A stretch of DNA of 64,000 bases, from contig CM082577.2 of the NCBI GenBank assembly GCA_040954595.2, positions 17,181,903 to 17,245,902 on the forward strand, written 5' to 3'. The notes under the pieces are model-generated. The model saw nothing but the letters and a program-made list of their open reading frames with translations, had not been told where the DNA came from and did no database searches. This document shows positions 29,501 to 44,063 of this stretch, piece by piece. The DNA comes from Balanoglossus misakiensis. Lineage: Eukaryota > Animalia > Hemichordata. Position numbers and translations under genes: made by a program. Positions within the stretch are counted from its first letter, which is position 1. Every line of letters starts with the position of its first letter.

Positions 29501-32500
29501 TTGAACTTCATGTATGGGAAACTGAAAGAGCTGCTTTAAAACTTAAAATCCAACACTGTAACATGGATATTTCCCTGTTGTTGTAAGTGATGTATGAGAC
29601 TACGCTTTCTTGTTATTTCTTATTTATACCTCATGTTTGATCATGGCCTTGCTAAGCGCTTTTTTCGCGTTTGTCACCCACTGAACATCTGTGATTGGCT
29701 TAATCTCAATTTGCATAGTTGACCGGATTACTTGTAACTATATAATACCATTCCATAAATCTTTCCTTGTTTCGAATTTCTTTCTGTATTTATTGAACTA
29801 ATAAGGTGGGGTTCGCAGTGATTTGGCTTTCATTTTGTCAAGTATCGTGACTGATAGTCTAGCCTTTCTTCTAGGGAAGACGGATTATTCATGGGTGATA
29901 TATGCCACTAAATTTTCGTCGTCTACTGTCAGTCTTATGTACATCAGCAGTTGATCTAAAGAAGTACTACATATTGTGTCAGGGATAAAATTAAACGAGC
30001 CATTAATATGTAACCTTATACATGATAGATAATAGGTTGAAGAATATATTCCAAATTCCTCACCTAGTATATTTTTGACATAGATGTTGAATACATAAAG
30101 CTCATTATGTCGCAGGTTAAGGTCATCATGAAGATGTTCTATTGTATTTCCAACGCCAAGTCTTTCGAAATGCTTGAACAGACCATCCTGCAATGCAAAC
30201 AAGGAATTGACAGTTCAGTCATGAAATAAGCAGAGACATCTTCTATAAAACAGTGAAGTATATGAACCCTGAGAATAATCATTAGACTCATCACACTAAT
30301 GATCCCATCATGCGATCAATTTATTTTCATTCTGCCTGCCTGATTTCAACTATTGCGAATGTATTTCGCCTTTTGGGGTAAAATGTGAAAATAACCAGGT
30401 TGATTCTTGTTTATGGATTATTGAGATGTCAAAAACCGTTTCTGTATGCAAATCTTCTAGTAAACGCAGGAAGGCCTTGAATAAACTCGTGTTTAACATT
30501 TCTTCACTGGAAGTTTTGAGCTATAACGCGTTACCCCATACTGGACAAGAACGCATTCCATGGATGAAAGTGATTTTAAATGTAATCTGGTCAATCCCAA
30601 TGGACTCTTTAAACCATGATAATTTGACCACCATGGGGCTCCCTGGTCGGGGTTGTCTAGGCTGAAACGAAATACCTGGTGAAGAGTGCATTCATCGCTC
30701 TGTATACTCTGAAACAGTTCACATTCTTCACCGTCTCCGTAGTCATAGTTGAAGCTAAGACACACTGACGACGGATATTCCAGGCATTTGTAGGCGCACT
30801 GATAGTCAAGGCTCTCTCTGGTAGTTTGAAATGGTTCACAATTGAGTCTACCCTCCTGTGGAGCTGTGAAGTAACTCATGCTTTCTTCCTCTGGAGGTAA
30901 TACTTGCTCTTCATTGTCATTTGATGACAGTTCAGACTGTGTCCAATTCACCACCTGATGACCGTACATGCCGACGCCATAACCAAGTGCTTCCTGCAAA
31001 GAAAAATGTAATATTGTACTACCAACACTGTTTTAATTCACATTGTTTAAATATAAAATTGAGACATTCAAAAACAAATGCCACACATTTTCTGAGCATC
31101 TTGGTAGATGGGTTTATGGGGGTTTATTGTGCAGGTTAGTACCTTTTCATATTCACGAAAGTCGCGTGAATTTTAACATTTACTCGGAATAAAAACAAGA
31201 ATGAATCGAATCCCCACTTGTTATAATCCTCCTTAAATGTCACAGCACTATCATGAATCCGAGAAAGGTATTCATTTACTTACCCACTGTTCAATGATTT
31301 CAGAGTCATCTGTTATGACAGAGGAAGCTTGGAGAATGTGAGGATGACTTGTTTCAAGGAAATATGGAGTAACTCGTCCACCGGGAGTCGTTGTATCATA
31401 GGTAGGCAATGAACATTGCGCAGAACTTGTCATATCGCCATAATTGCGAGCAGTAACAGTGAAATAAATGGGAATTCCGCTCAACATGCTCTGTAAGAAA
31501 AACGAGGCAGTGGTATTGCTGTAACTCAGCGGATTGCTCGCTTAGCGGAAACGCTAACCAAATTGGTGAGAAGATTCCTGGTTTCCAAAGCTCACCGAAA
31601 AGCGACAAGAAGATCAGCATGTGTGCCTTTCCTTTGCATCATTACATTTATTCTGATCAAATGAATGGCGTTGGCAGGGGAAGCCAAATCGTTGAAAAAC
31701 GAAATGTTATCAGAAATTGCATTGAATTGACATTGTGACCGATAACAGTAAATGGCGGAGTAGAAACTGTACATATGGAACGTGTTTGCATAAAGTATGC
31801 GCGTTGCGATTTTAATCTTCCATCAGATGAGACGTATATGGGGATTTGATTTTGTCTCAAAGAAAACAACAGTTCCTTACCGTTGTTGCCATTAACCCTT
31901 CTTGACCTTGAGGTTGATCCTTTATGATATCACAACCTCCTGGAAATGAACCTGCGCAATAGGACAGGTGCACTGGACTTTCCTCGTCGTAGGCAGAGGC
32001 AATCAACTGGAAGGCTGGATCTGTGTAATCTCTGCCGGATAGCTGCCTAACAAAACACATGCTCTGAAAAGAGTAGATATTACATGTATGTTTACGACAC
32101 ATGGCAAGTGTCACCTTCCGGCGGCTGATCAATTTACGTGCTCACAATAAAAGGACATTCGTTACTCAAGATGCATGATATAATATTACAAAACAAAGTT
32201 ATTTGCATTTGAAGGCTTATTCTCTCTACCTTAATTAAATAGGTTGTTGCTACCAAAGTTAAGTGACGGAATCAAACACAGCCGACACATTTCAAACTGA
32301 AGGTTCAAAAGCCAAAGTTATGTTGGATCATTTTGAGACATTGTAATAGAAATAAGAAATAGAGTGGTATTGTGCAAACTTTGAACAACTTCTAATCGCC
32401 CTTTTTATCTACAATAAAAAGCATCATAATCTGGTTTGACGCCATAGCACGAAGTAAAATCCTATTTAAAGTAACGAGAATTGTCGGTTGTTGCATCAAG

Positions 32501-35500
32501 ACCGAAAAATGAATTGTGCATTTTCTCCAGACAGGAAAAGACCAGTGTCTAAGAACAGATTGACTTAATAGTGACAAGTAACCCGCCACAATATATCTTA
32601 ATTATATTATTTAAATTAAACTGCTAACCTCGCCATCGTGACGGAAGACTGGGCCCGTTGTGTCCTTAATAACTCCTGGATCAGTTGAAACTTCACTATT
32701 CTTTTCTTTACCAACAGACCAACTCCAATTGGGAAGTTGTATGTCGATAATAATTTTGACCTCCTCCTCTCCAAATAATGTTGTTCTTTTCCATTCTCCA
32801 TAGATGTGCAATTCAAAGGTAAATTCGTCATTCAAATATTCAACGCCTTGACTGTGAAAATAACACATATCACACTATTTTATACCATTCTACCATCCGC
32901 CATCTTGAAGAGAGCTCAATCCAACGATATATACTTAACACTCAAAAGAGCACTGCTAAAACTGGCCACTGAACTAGCATGAAGCAGGGAAAATGTGGGG
33001 TTCAACCAAATAAATCATATAAAAAGCGCTGTTGAATTTATGGATGTTTACTGTAGAACTGCACTGTGGGACTAATTGGGACTTTGTCATGCGCGATGGC
33101 TGTCTTGTCATTTTTTCTCGTCTATTTCATGTTAGCGCGAGGAGAATTCACACTCTTTTTGGAACTTGCGAGGCGCACCCTGTTTTCTTTTTAATTTTTG
33201 AGTCCACTACCCCTTGTTACACGCCATAGCGAACCCACCTCTTACAAAGCAGGAGAATCTGGCCTGTATCTTACTAAATCCATACTACATATAATGAAGT
33301 AGAGTATAAATTACCTGTTAGAAAGAGGATATTTCAAAGTATCGACCTCCGTTGTAACCGTATGTTCGCCGTCATACACCCATCCGGTGAGCCCAGCACG
33401 AACTCGTATTTTTCTACCGTACGACACGGACCCTTCGATCCCGGCCGCGACATTTAGGGGACCTGCGAGAGCCTAAAAAGAAATTGCCATGTAATATTAG
33501 TATTTACAGTGTAATGACGATTATTTAATTTTCACCAACAAAGTAGAAGTGGTCTAGCATTTTCCGTTTTTCTATTGGCAAATAGAATATCGCTGTACCA
33601 ACTTCTTACGAATCTTTGCCAATTACGCACGTTATTATTTGATCCATTTATATCTACTCAAATAACATAGAGACAAATCAAGCTTGCTCGTAATAAATAT
33701 GCCATGGCGCTGAGATTTTAATCCACCTGTTATTATCCCGAATCAGTTTTATCGACGTATACGTTCCATGGTTATACCGATGCAATTTCTTGAACCTTAC
33801 CCAAGAGCTGAGAAACACACTCAATGTGACACCATCATTATGCACAAACACTCCAAACAAATGTAAAACATATTGCATTACTCATCATTTTTTTAAATTT
33901 CAGAATCCATGGGGTTTTGCAACGCTCTTGTACAGAAGTGCACTTCAATAATAATGACAGAAATATGTGACGGTTGCTATAATTGTGACAATTACATTTT
34001 GTCGGGAAATGGTGAATCAACTTACTTCAGAATAAAATGCTTCTATGGCGTAGCTTGCACTGCTAGCGGCAGCCAATTCTCCGACTACACAAAAGTCTGT
34101 TGAATATTAAAAATAGCTCGATAAACGTCAAAGAATCTGTAGATTCCCTGTGCAATTTTTACAAAAATTAAACGTTATAAATTCAGCTGTTACTCTCCTA
34201 TCACATCACAGGCGCCGTGAACCTCACGTCAACAACCCACGGAACTCGTTTATTATTAAATAAATTACTAGTTCTATAGTCCGTTCGAGTCATAATATAT
34301 GAGACGTTCACGATTACCACGATAGTTTACTTATTACATTTCAAGTTTTGTTTTGAACTCGACAGTGTACTGTTAGTGACTTTACTTACGAATAGAAATG
34401 CGAAGAATCTGAAATGGTATAGGGGGAAGCAAATCTTCATCCCAAAGTTCGGCTGTTTCATTTACGTGCGCTGCGATGTATTTCTTGATCAGTGTTCCGT
34501 CGATGTCGAGGGAAATTCCTCCAATAACCTCACCATTTTCGTCTGTACCGCTTGTTTCCAGAAACGTGGTAGATCGATTAAACTCATCGGGACAATATAG
34601 GGATACCTTAGCATCAATGAGTCCGATAACCTGTTTAGACAAACGTAACAAAACCCCTTAAATCTCATGAGAAGCAAATCTTCCACTCACAAATTGAAAC
34701 TGTTTTCCCTTTGAACCTCTCGGCTAAAACATTACACATATGCCTTAAATGACGCACTGTTTACATTATCTACTACACTTAATAGAAATTGTGATGTTGA
34801 TAATTCCATGCCAGTTGTTATTGCAATGTATTTTAATTATTTTAAATTTTCAACCATGATTCTGTTTTGTAATGCTTTACATGAAATGAATATAGATTTT
34901 TAAACCTTGCTAGATAGTTTTGCGATGGCTGTTCTCTGTCAACACAGCCACAATTGTGTTTTACAGTACATGTATTCCCTAATTTTGTATTGTTCTCTTA
35001 CGAAAATGGCAAAGAAATACATCTTGAATCAACACACTTCTTTTCTGTATTTCCCGCGGAGATCATCCATCAACCACGTGACGTTGAATTCTGGGATACC
35101 ATGTAAGTCCAGCATCCGCTCAAAATCTCCTAATGTGGTCAATTCTGTTAATTTGAACATACCATTTCTTATTTAATAAAGTATCTCTTGTAGAGTCACG
35201 AGAATACCCTTCTGCACATAAAAACAATTATATTTTGGAGAGAAATGTGGGAATACGTAAACAACAGACAAACAATGAACAAGTTCCACATATGACTTTC
35301 GCACACATATAATTACTTACCTCGGTCGACAAACGATTCAGGAATAGATTTAGCATTGTTGCATTCACTTATTTCCATAGAAGCATCGGTTAAAATTGGA
35401 ACATTCGGCGTGCACTCTTCACTAAGTAATGAACATATAGATGCATCAACACTAACCTGCAAAGGGTTAAAAGTAAAACTTATATAGATGACAAGTACAT

Positions 35501-38500
35501 GTACAGTTGAACCTATAGTGGCCAATCAAAGGACTTTCCTAAACTGGCTTTATAGACAGGTGGCCTTTATATAGAGGCTAATTTACGCACATGGAATTGC
35601 ACAGGGACTGTAACAAAGTGGCCACTATATAGAGGGGCCATTAACAAAAGTTTCACTGTATATGTAACAACTTTGATAGTTAAAACGCCGTTACTATTTT
35701 CATAATTTCTTATCAGAGTTCGACAAGTTATCATAGATCTAACAAACGCAGTAATCGCTCCAGGCAAAATCTTGGCTAGAAACCAACAAAACATACATTG
35801 AACTTTAAATCTACACTTGAAATAGTGAAGTTCCTTACTTTTATCATGCTGAACGATCTCTCAAGCCTGTAGCGAAGTATTGAATCAAACTCTCCGAGAA
35901 CTGTCTCCGTAAATTTAGAGCTGACTGAATTTTCATAGGCTGCGTGCAAGACGATATGTTTGGTTAATATATATCCAATCAACTAAAATCCAAAGATACA
36001 TTTAATGATATGATACGCAAAATGAGGTATGTCTTACAGAAATAAAATATACAAAATATTTTCAGACGATTATAATGTACCTTCTTCCTCATTTGATATA
36101 TCAAGGGTATGGGTCCAGTCTGGTCCAGAAATGTTAACTTCGTATGCACATGGATCTAGCCTCAGTGACACTTGTACAGAGTGGTGAAAATGTACAAGAT
36201 ACTCGATGTCTGCACAACAATCCACTCCAAGACAGTCGTCATGGTACTCGCAGAATGTATCATTGCTTAATGGCATGATAACTATGGAACATTCTGAAAT
36301 ACAGTGTGCGTTTTACATTTAACATTTGACTTATACAAAAAGTGAGATTCACACGCACGCAAACAAACAAACATTCATTGATCCTCCCGTCGAATCATAC
36401 ATGTATATGTGTATGCAGCATACATACATACATACATACATACATACATACATACATACATACATACATACATACATACATACATACATACATACATACA
36501 TACATACATACATACATAAAACATGTATGTACTCAGACAGACGGACATTTAGCCACAAGTGCGTATGCTAGCAGTAAACCGAAACGTGTAATTAGCTTTT
36601 GTACTCACCAGTTTGAGGTGTCATAAATCGTGATAACAAATCTGTTCGTGTCCCGTCTGTAGGTTGTCCTCGTTTGAACAGAGACAATCTTAATTGTGTG
36701 TTATCCAAGCTTTCTGGCCTTACACATTTAAATGTATTCCGTGCCGTCTGAAAGTTCATATCATTAAGTAATACAGAAAATTAATCTGGAAGTGATACAG
36801 AAGTTACATATAGTGGCCGTCAATATATTTAGAAGTGGGACGGAACAGACTCTTGGTAAATTTTTGGGAGATCATAGTACTCGACGTCTTCGCGCGGCAC
36901 TTTTTATTGATAACAGTGTGAAATGAATGCTAGTAAGTGTACAAATAGTGTAATCATGAAAAAGGACACCATAGTACACCATGGGAAAATATTGAACGCT
37001 TACCTGTAGGCTTTTGACAAGGTTTACGAACCAATCACTAACAGACTTATCTTCTGACGAATCGATGTAGTCATAAACTTCCTTCAACATTATATCTTGA
37101 ACTGAAAAGGAGCGGTTGGGGGCCAGTTCGTTCAATTCAGGGAATACTGAAATTGCCACCCCTCCTGAAAAAAAACCACGGCGTCTTCAATGTCTAGAAC
37201 AGCTATGTAACATTTTCTTGCGTCCTATGGTGACAGCGACTCTGTTCGTTTGGCATCTGTGCTTTTACGATATCATTCTATTCACTATATAAACGTATGA
37301 GAGGATAATAATAACGTACCTCCAGATATTCTGGCAGACGTTGCAGAATCCTTTCCGGAATAAAGATAATTGTTCTCGCAACTCATATCAAACTTATCTT
37401 CTTTCCGTTCAGGTGAGATGTTATAGACAACTGGGTCACTCACAAAGAACCCATCATACACGACTTCATTCTGTAACATAATAAACCCAATCATTTGCTG
37501 AATAATCTAGAGCTTTTTTAAAAATCCTTATAACTACGACACTTGTTCTATTTTTATTTTGCCGCTTCTCATCTCGACATCTACTTACAGCATACATCTA
37601 TAACAGGCCCTGTTATATTTAAAAAATGCATTCGGCAGATGCGGCGATATATAGATAATCTATCGTCAGCTGGCGGGATGGTGCTTATGACCGAAACGCC
37701 GATGGCCTCCGAATACAATCATATGTTGTCGTTGATTTAATTTTGCCGCTGATAGTGGCCATGCATCATCGCTGGCAGCGGGCTCTTTCCAATTGGCTCA
37801 GCTTGTTCTCATTATAATGGAACACATATCCTTAGTCAGTCGTAAATAACATTTTCATTTCGCCATGATCTATATTTTTCTTCCAGTGAATACTTGAATA
37901 CTTGGAATAAAACAGTTCGGCGTAAACTAAAGTTTACTTTGTTTTGATAATATAATTATAAATGATATTTTGTCAATCTGAGATATATCTACCCCGAAAA
38001 CATTCGGGTAATAAGAATGTCATCAGCAACTCTCAGCCATATGGTGAAATTCTTAACAAGGAAAACGTGTTTCCGAAACAATATGACAAGATAATACCAT
38101 TATTATTGCTGTCACAAAATTATATTCTTCGTTCCATGTTGCTTTCACAATTCTCTTCTCAAGAAATGACATTGGGTCCAGATAAACATCATCTTCTATA
38201 GTTTTCATGGTGAGACGTATGGCGTTTGGGGAACACGGTGACGATTTCACCTTACCAAGAATTTCTCCCTTGTATACCTGCAATGTAAACCATGCTTTTA
38301 CGTGGTCATGGAAATTATTGCTGAGAAATACTGATTGTTTGACGAATTTGTGCAATACAATATTAATTAACGTTTCCTTTAAGAAGTACAGACTGATTGG
38401 ATCTTATACAGAACGGACCTGATTTAGATTTCTCACACGAGTTGGCGCCCTTTTGACTCACATGAGCCGCAGGCGTGTGAGAGACAATGTTATCCTTGGT

Positions 38501-40165
38501 CCTTGATGCGGTGTGATGCCCTCTCTTGCTCGATTGGAAAATGTCTCAAGTGCGCATTAGAAAAAGTGAAGTACACGGCGTACTGACTGCTTATTTTTCA
38601 TCTAGCAAGCTGTAGTTCCATGTACTACACGTTATTATTATTATTATTAAGAATTGTTTAAAATGAGCTACACATACGTCTCAGCGCACTGTACATAGCT
38701 AAAAGAGTAGATTAAAAAATACAAGGCTGGTAAAAATAAATAAAAGGACACAATCACACGAAACATATTACACATAAAACTGAGTAAAAAGGTACACGTT
38801 TACATGATCCAATCACCTATTCGAGAGCGAGTGGTCGATTTGATCCCACACTCTCACAGCGGCCATGGATATGAGAATGAATTACCACAATCTATTACGC
38901 GCTCGGTATTATGCTGTGAGGTATGTTTGACAAATATTTTGCGCTGTCAGTCTTTACTGTCCCTGATTTCTGGAAGAACTTACCGGATGACCCTCCTTTC
39001 CCTGCGCAATTTCAACCGGTGATACAATTATCACAACGTTTTGTAGTTCGTTTGATATTGTTGAATTGTACATAAATATTGACACTTCTTGGAATCCAGT
39101 CGTAATCGCTATTCCATCCATTGGTACCACGACCTAACGGAAATACACATGAATAATTAATAAGACTAGGTAAGTTTTACGTGAGTGTCAATTTTTTGAA
39201 CAAAAGAAATTAGCGTGCACTAAACACTAACAGTTTCGGGTTAGTTTCGAGGCGCCCCTTGCAGATAATGTCTGTTTGGCAACTCGTTTAGCATGCTCAC
39301 TTTTGGACGTTTCAGGAACCGGATGAAAACCTGTCTGCATCAATACAAAGGGGGCCCCAAACGCCATAAATTAAACTGTCAATGTTTGACGTGGGTAGTA
39401 GTCTTCACCTCATCTCCTTCGTCAGCCAAAAGGAAGATATCCGGCATAGTTCCCAAGCTGTTGCTTTCAGACTGTTGGAAATTGCTTTCGTGTGTACATG
39501 TTGCATCAGCAAGTCGTCGAGGAAACTGTTTAGCAATTTTTGGACCGAACACCTCGTTGACCAACGTTCGTGACTCGTCGAACCTGAAATTGTTAAGGGA
39601 AGTAATTTCAGGTTATACATGTACAAGCTGAAATGTGGTAGGACGTTTTATTTTGGTATATTAATAGAAATAAAAAACTACATCAAAATACTAGTAGATT
39701 TTATGTATAAATTCCTACTTTCTACAGAAATCTTCAAATAGATTAATCAAATATTTGACTTTTTTTCGAGAAAAAAACGTTGCAACGTTGGAGATTTAAA
39801 ATGTGGGATAACAGTTATATGTGTGAATTAGTTTAGCTCATCAAATGAATAATGTTCAAGAGGAACATGAAAGTTTGCATTTTTGTTCCAGCACAAGGAT
39901 GGTATCAGCAAGATCCGTACATGTGGTCACCATTGTGTTCTATTTGTTTGCATTGTAAACCTAACGTCAACAGAAAGGTGTCCATACCCTCTTTTAACGT
40001 CTTCAAACGCTTCCATCAACAGGGTAACTTCGTTTCGGGCTACTCCATATGAATCCATGAATGGTATGGCAAAACTTGTCAGAAGCTGGAGAGGTGATTT
40101 GAGTGACTGAAGAACGTCAGTGTACTCCTGCAGTATGGCTTCTTTCACAGATATCTACAGTGAAG

Positions 40166-40198
<33 letters not shown>

Positions 40199-43100
40199 TG
40201 TGATGTGGGAGGCATAAATTAGTCGATGGCATTGTTCTCATTGTGCAATAAACTGATATCGAACTACATGAAATATGTTTCTCTCCGGCTACTGATACAT
40301 AATCAGAGTAGAAGGAGAGTCGACGGGTATATCTGCAGTCTTGACGTATTCCAAATCACAACGTGAGTCATCAGTGTATGTATTTTATTTTCAGATGCAC
40401 AGATGCAGGCGCCACACATATATCTTCATAGAACTTCGGTGGTATAAGTGAACCAATAAAAAAGAAGCCAATTTGGAAATGCAATTTGGTTCTTTACAGG
40501 AAACTTACCTCATCAACACCACTGAAGATTTTATACAAGTCAGTTGTCACCGGTTTGGTTTCAAGACCTCGTTTGCCCATTTCAATGTAACTTTCTAAGT
40601 TGGAAATGTCCTCAACAAGCTTTCCGACATCCGATTCCAAAGAAAACCAATAGGGCAACGAACCATCTTCTATCTGACATAAATATTTCAGCTTTTCCAT
40701 GACAAATTTTATGGTATCAATCGACGAACCAATTCTGTAATATGGAAAAAAAAGCGGTGTGTATCTTGTTTAAACGAAATGCAAACATCTATGCATCCGT
40801 ATCTGTCAGCTTCCAAACGTACACGTGTAATTAACGGATTTTTGAACGTGACGACACTCGAAAATGCAAAATAGAGTGTAGTGTAGACCTACTTGAGAAC
40901 AGACTTCCTGATATCCGCAATGCCAACATTAGGGGATTCCCACAATTTGTTGATACCAATGAAGGCTGAATCTGCGGCATCGCGCATTTGCGCTAAAGCC
41001 CATTCGGTGTGAACTTCTAGAAGATCCGCGGCATCCTGACGAAATTAATTACAGCATTAGTTGACCAGTTTTGTTATGTAACAGTTTTGGTTTTAGCAAG
41101 ACCCTAACAATTGCGTTCTAATGATCTCATTAAAATTTATATTATGTCTAAACATTCCATGATATACATTCCACGTTAAGGCTTTTTTACTGTAAAATTA
41201 AAAAATAATGAGATATGATAGTTTCAACAGAAAACTACGTCATGGGTTAAGCTTCAGCTGATAAACTCTGAATGCGTGTGTCCAAAACACAATGGAAAAT
41301 TCTAAATGGAAAGTGTCTCCAAACAAGGCATTTTTGAGATAAAATTTTCGACCATCCATCCATTCACTCGTCTGTGTGTTTTTGGCGATTTTAGAACGAT
41401 ATCTATAAACAGCACGATAATATATCTGACACAGTAAACACAGTTTATTGGCTGATGCTTTTCTCGCGCAAATACTTTAACAATTACCTTTGAATTACAA
41501 ATGAAAAGTTAGTAAGGTTGTCTTGAAGTACAGAGTGACTTAGCCAACAAAAAAGGTTACGTTTAAAACTCAATGTTTTCCAAATGGCAAGGCTGAAGGT
41601 TTGAAATAAGGTAACGTAAATGAAATGTACGTGTAGTTAGAAAGGTAGGTGATTTGTCTTAAAATTCATGCTACTAGAAAATTTAGTATAAGGCGCGTTA
41701 TATTCACAACAATAACATTCATCAGGACCATATTCAGACAATATTTGCTGGTGGAGATAGTTATATCTCATTTTGATTAACCGCATTTCGACATACATTT
41801 CGAAAATACTTACATTGTAGAAGTCGACGACGTCTGTTTTAACACTGTTAAGCAAATTGTTGGCACGCTCCACTAAATTTTCGGTCTGTTCAAAGACGGT
41901 AGATGACCCCGTGTACTTTCCTATCGTGTTACTTAACGCTCCTCTTGCAATATACCGAAAGTCTGCAACGTCGTTCCTCAACTGGTGAAGTGACTTTGCA
42001 AGGCTCTCCAAATAACTTGATAAGGAACTGGACGGACCAAGGAACTTGTCGACGAAATCATTAACTGGATCTCGTATATTATTGACAACATCAGGATACC
42101 TTTCGTCGTATGCTTCTGCCAAATGTTGTTTACTGTAGAAGGTCGAATCCTACATTGAAACAAAAGTCAGATATAAATGACTATAAGTACGAGGAATAAT
42201 ATTACTTCTTATCATATGCTCATGCTGATATCACCTCCTCCTAGTGACGTTTAACGTGAATATCACCACGTTTAGTGTGAAATATCACCACTGATATTTC
42301 GCTCTAAACGTCATCATTTCTTGCGAAAATGGCGACCTTAAATGTAAACAAACATAACCCGATACAGGACCCGCTTTCATGAGATTTGATATACCGGTAG
42401 TCAACATCGAAAGTCGTGGGGTTCTGATGGCCACGGACATGTGTTATAAATAAAAGATTTATCTTGTGTGATTGATTTAGAAAAAAACACGATTATTAGT
42501 TACACCTGTAAAAAATACCGCCTCGCTCAGACAGCAGGAAGAGATGTCAAACATCCTTGCTCCATCTTCATCCAAACACGTCGAAAATGGGGCAATTTCA
42601 CGTGTGAAATCTGGTTCGATCAGTTCAAGTACGTGTCAGATGGAAACGGTGACAACGGGTGGCATATATAGCGACGCAGTGATATACGACGGCTCGTTCA
42701 ATATCTCTGTTTCCAATGCGACGTCAACGGGGTCATCCTCCATGACACAGCCCCCAACACCGAACAAACGACGCCATCGTGCAGTCAGATATGACTCTCC
42801 GTGCTCATCAGAAAATTCACAAAAATGAACAGACTTTGAGACTCTTGAACTTTGAAATGAAAGGATTCTGGCTCTATTTGCAATTTAACTAATTTCATAC
42901 CGATTTTGAATCCCATCCCGATGTTAATGATTTGTTCGTTGTTGTTGGACACCCCAAAAAATTGTGTTCGATTCAAGTTCAATTTTCAAACGTTTTGTTG
43001 TTTTGCGTTATGCAGAGCGGTCATTGAACAATTTACTAATCTAAAACATTTTTGACTTACCGATGTTGTCGTTTCATCATACTTTTACATAACCGCTACG

Positions 43101-44032
43101 CTAGCGCTATACTTTAAAATGGCGCGTCATGCAACATCAGTCATGAATGAAGCGGATTTACAATGTTAATAAAATAGCAATTCGCTAGGTGGAATAAAAT
43201 AATTCATAAAAATTAAATTGTTCTCGCTTTGTTTTTGTTTTTCATTTTTCTTGTAAATTCCGAGGTTTGAGCATATGATAAATTGGTTATCGCCCCAAAT
43301 CACCTCTTGTTGGGCCATATTTGCCGCTCGTGTGGGTTGTGAGCCGCATCACACGAGTCGAAGACGAGTCAGGGAGTTCATACCAAGCCTATACTTCAAA
43401 TTATTATGACTGGCTGTCTATTGCATATGCCAAAAAGCCTCGGGTAGAATGAAAATTCTTATTAGATATAAGTTAAATTTTAAGGTTAGGTACGCCAGAT
43501 ATTTTTAATGGACAGTATTAGTCATGCTCTGTTTCCATGGAAACGGATGTCAAATTAGCATTACATATAATTTTCAGATAAATTCATAGCACTTTACCTT
43601 AAGAAGTTTATACTTACATGGAATATATTTGCGTCGTCAAAAATCTCCTCCCCCTTTAATGTTGTGGTAAGCGCCAGAAAAATGTCGTCTTTACCCATTG
43701 TTCCTATTTTGCCTCTGACACTGGACTTCACATCATAATCAATATCAATTATACTGTCATAGGGTCCTATATGTAAAGTAGAGATAAAATCATTATACAT
43801 ACATACATACATACATACATACATACATACATACATACATACATACATACATACATACATACATAGTACATACATAGTACATACATACATACATACATAC
43901 ATACATACATACATACATACATACATACATACATACATACATACATACATACATACATACATACATACATACATACATACATACATACATACATACATAC
44001 ATACACACACGCAGGCACGCAGACACACACAC

Positions 44033-44063
<31 letters not shown>

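Noticed and set aside
35038-35211. Apparent frameshift or stop in an exon if the CAG acceptor at 35212 is used
   Set aside because: The downstream CAG acceptor (exon start 35144) gives the correct phase and an open frame, so no lesion is needed.
42544-42828. Plus-strand Ser-rich ORF (and similar antisense ORFs elsewhere)
   Set aside because: Antisense shadows of acidic minus-strand exons.
43304-43388. Open 85-nt candidate exon ([10 protein letters not shown]...)
   Set aside because: It ends in phase 1, which does not fit the phase-0 chain with a good acceptor, and the sequence resembles the local hairpin-repeat families; left out of the model.
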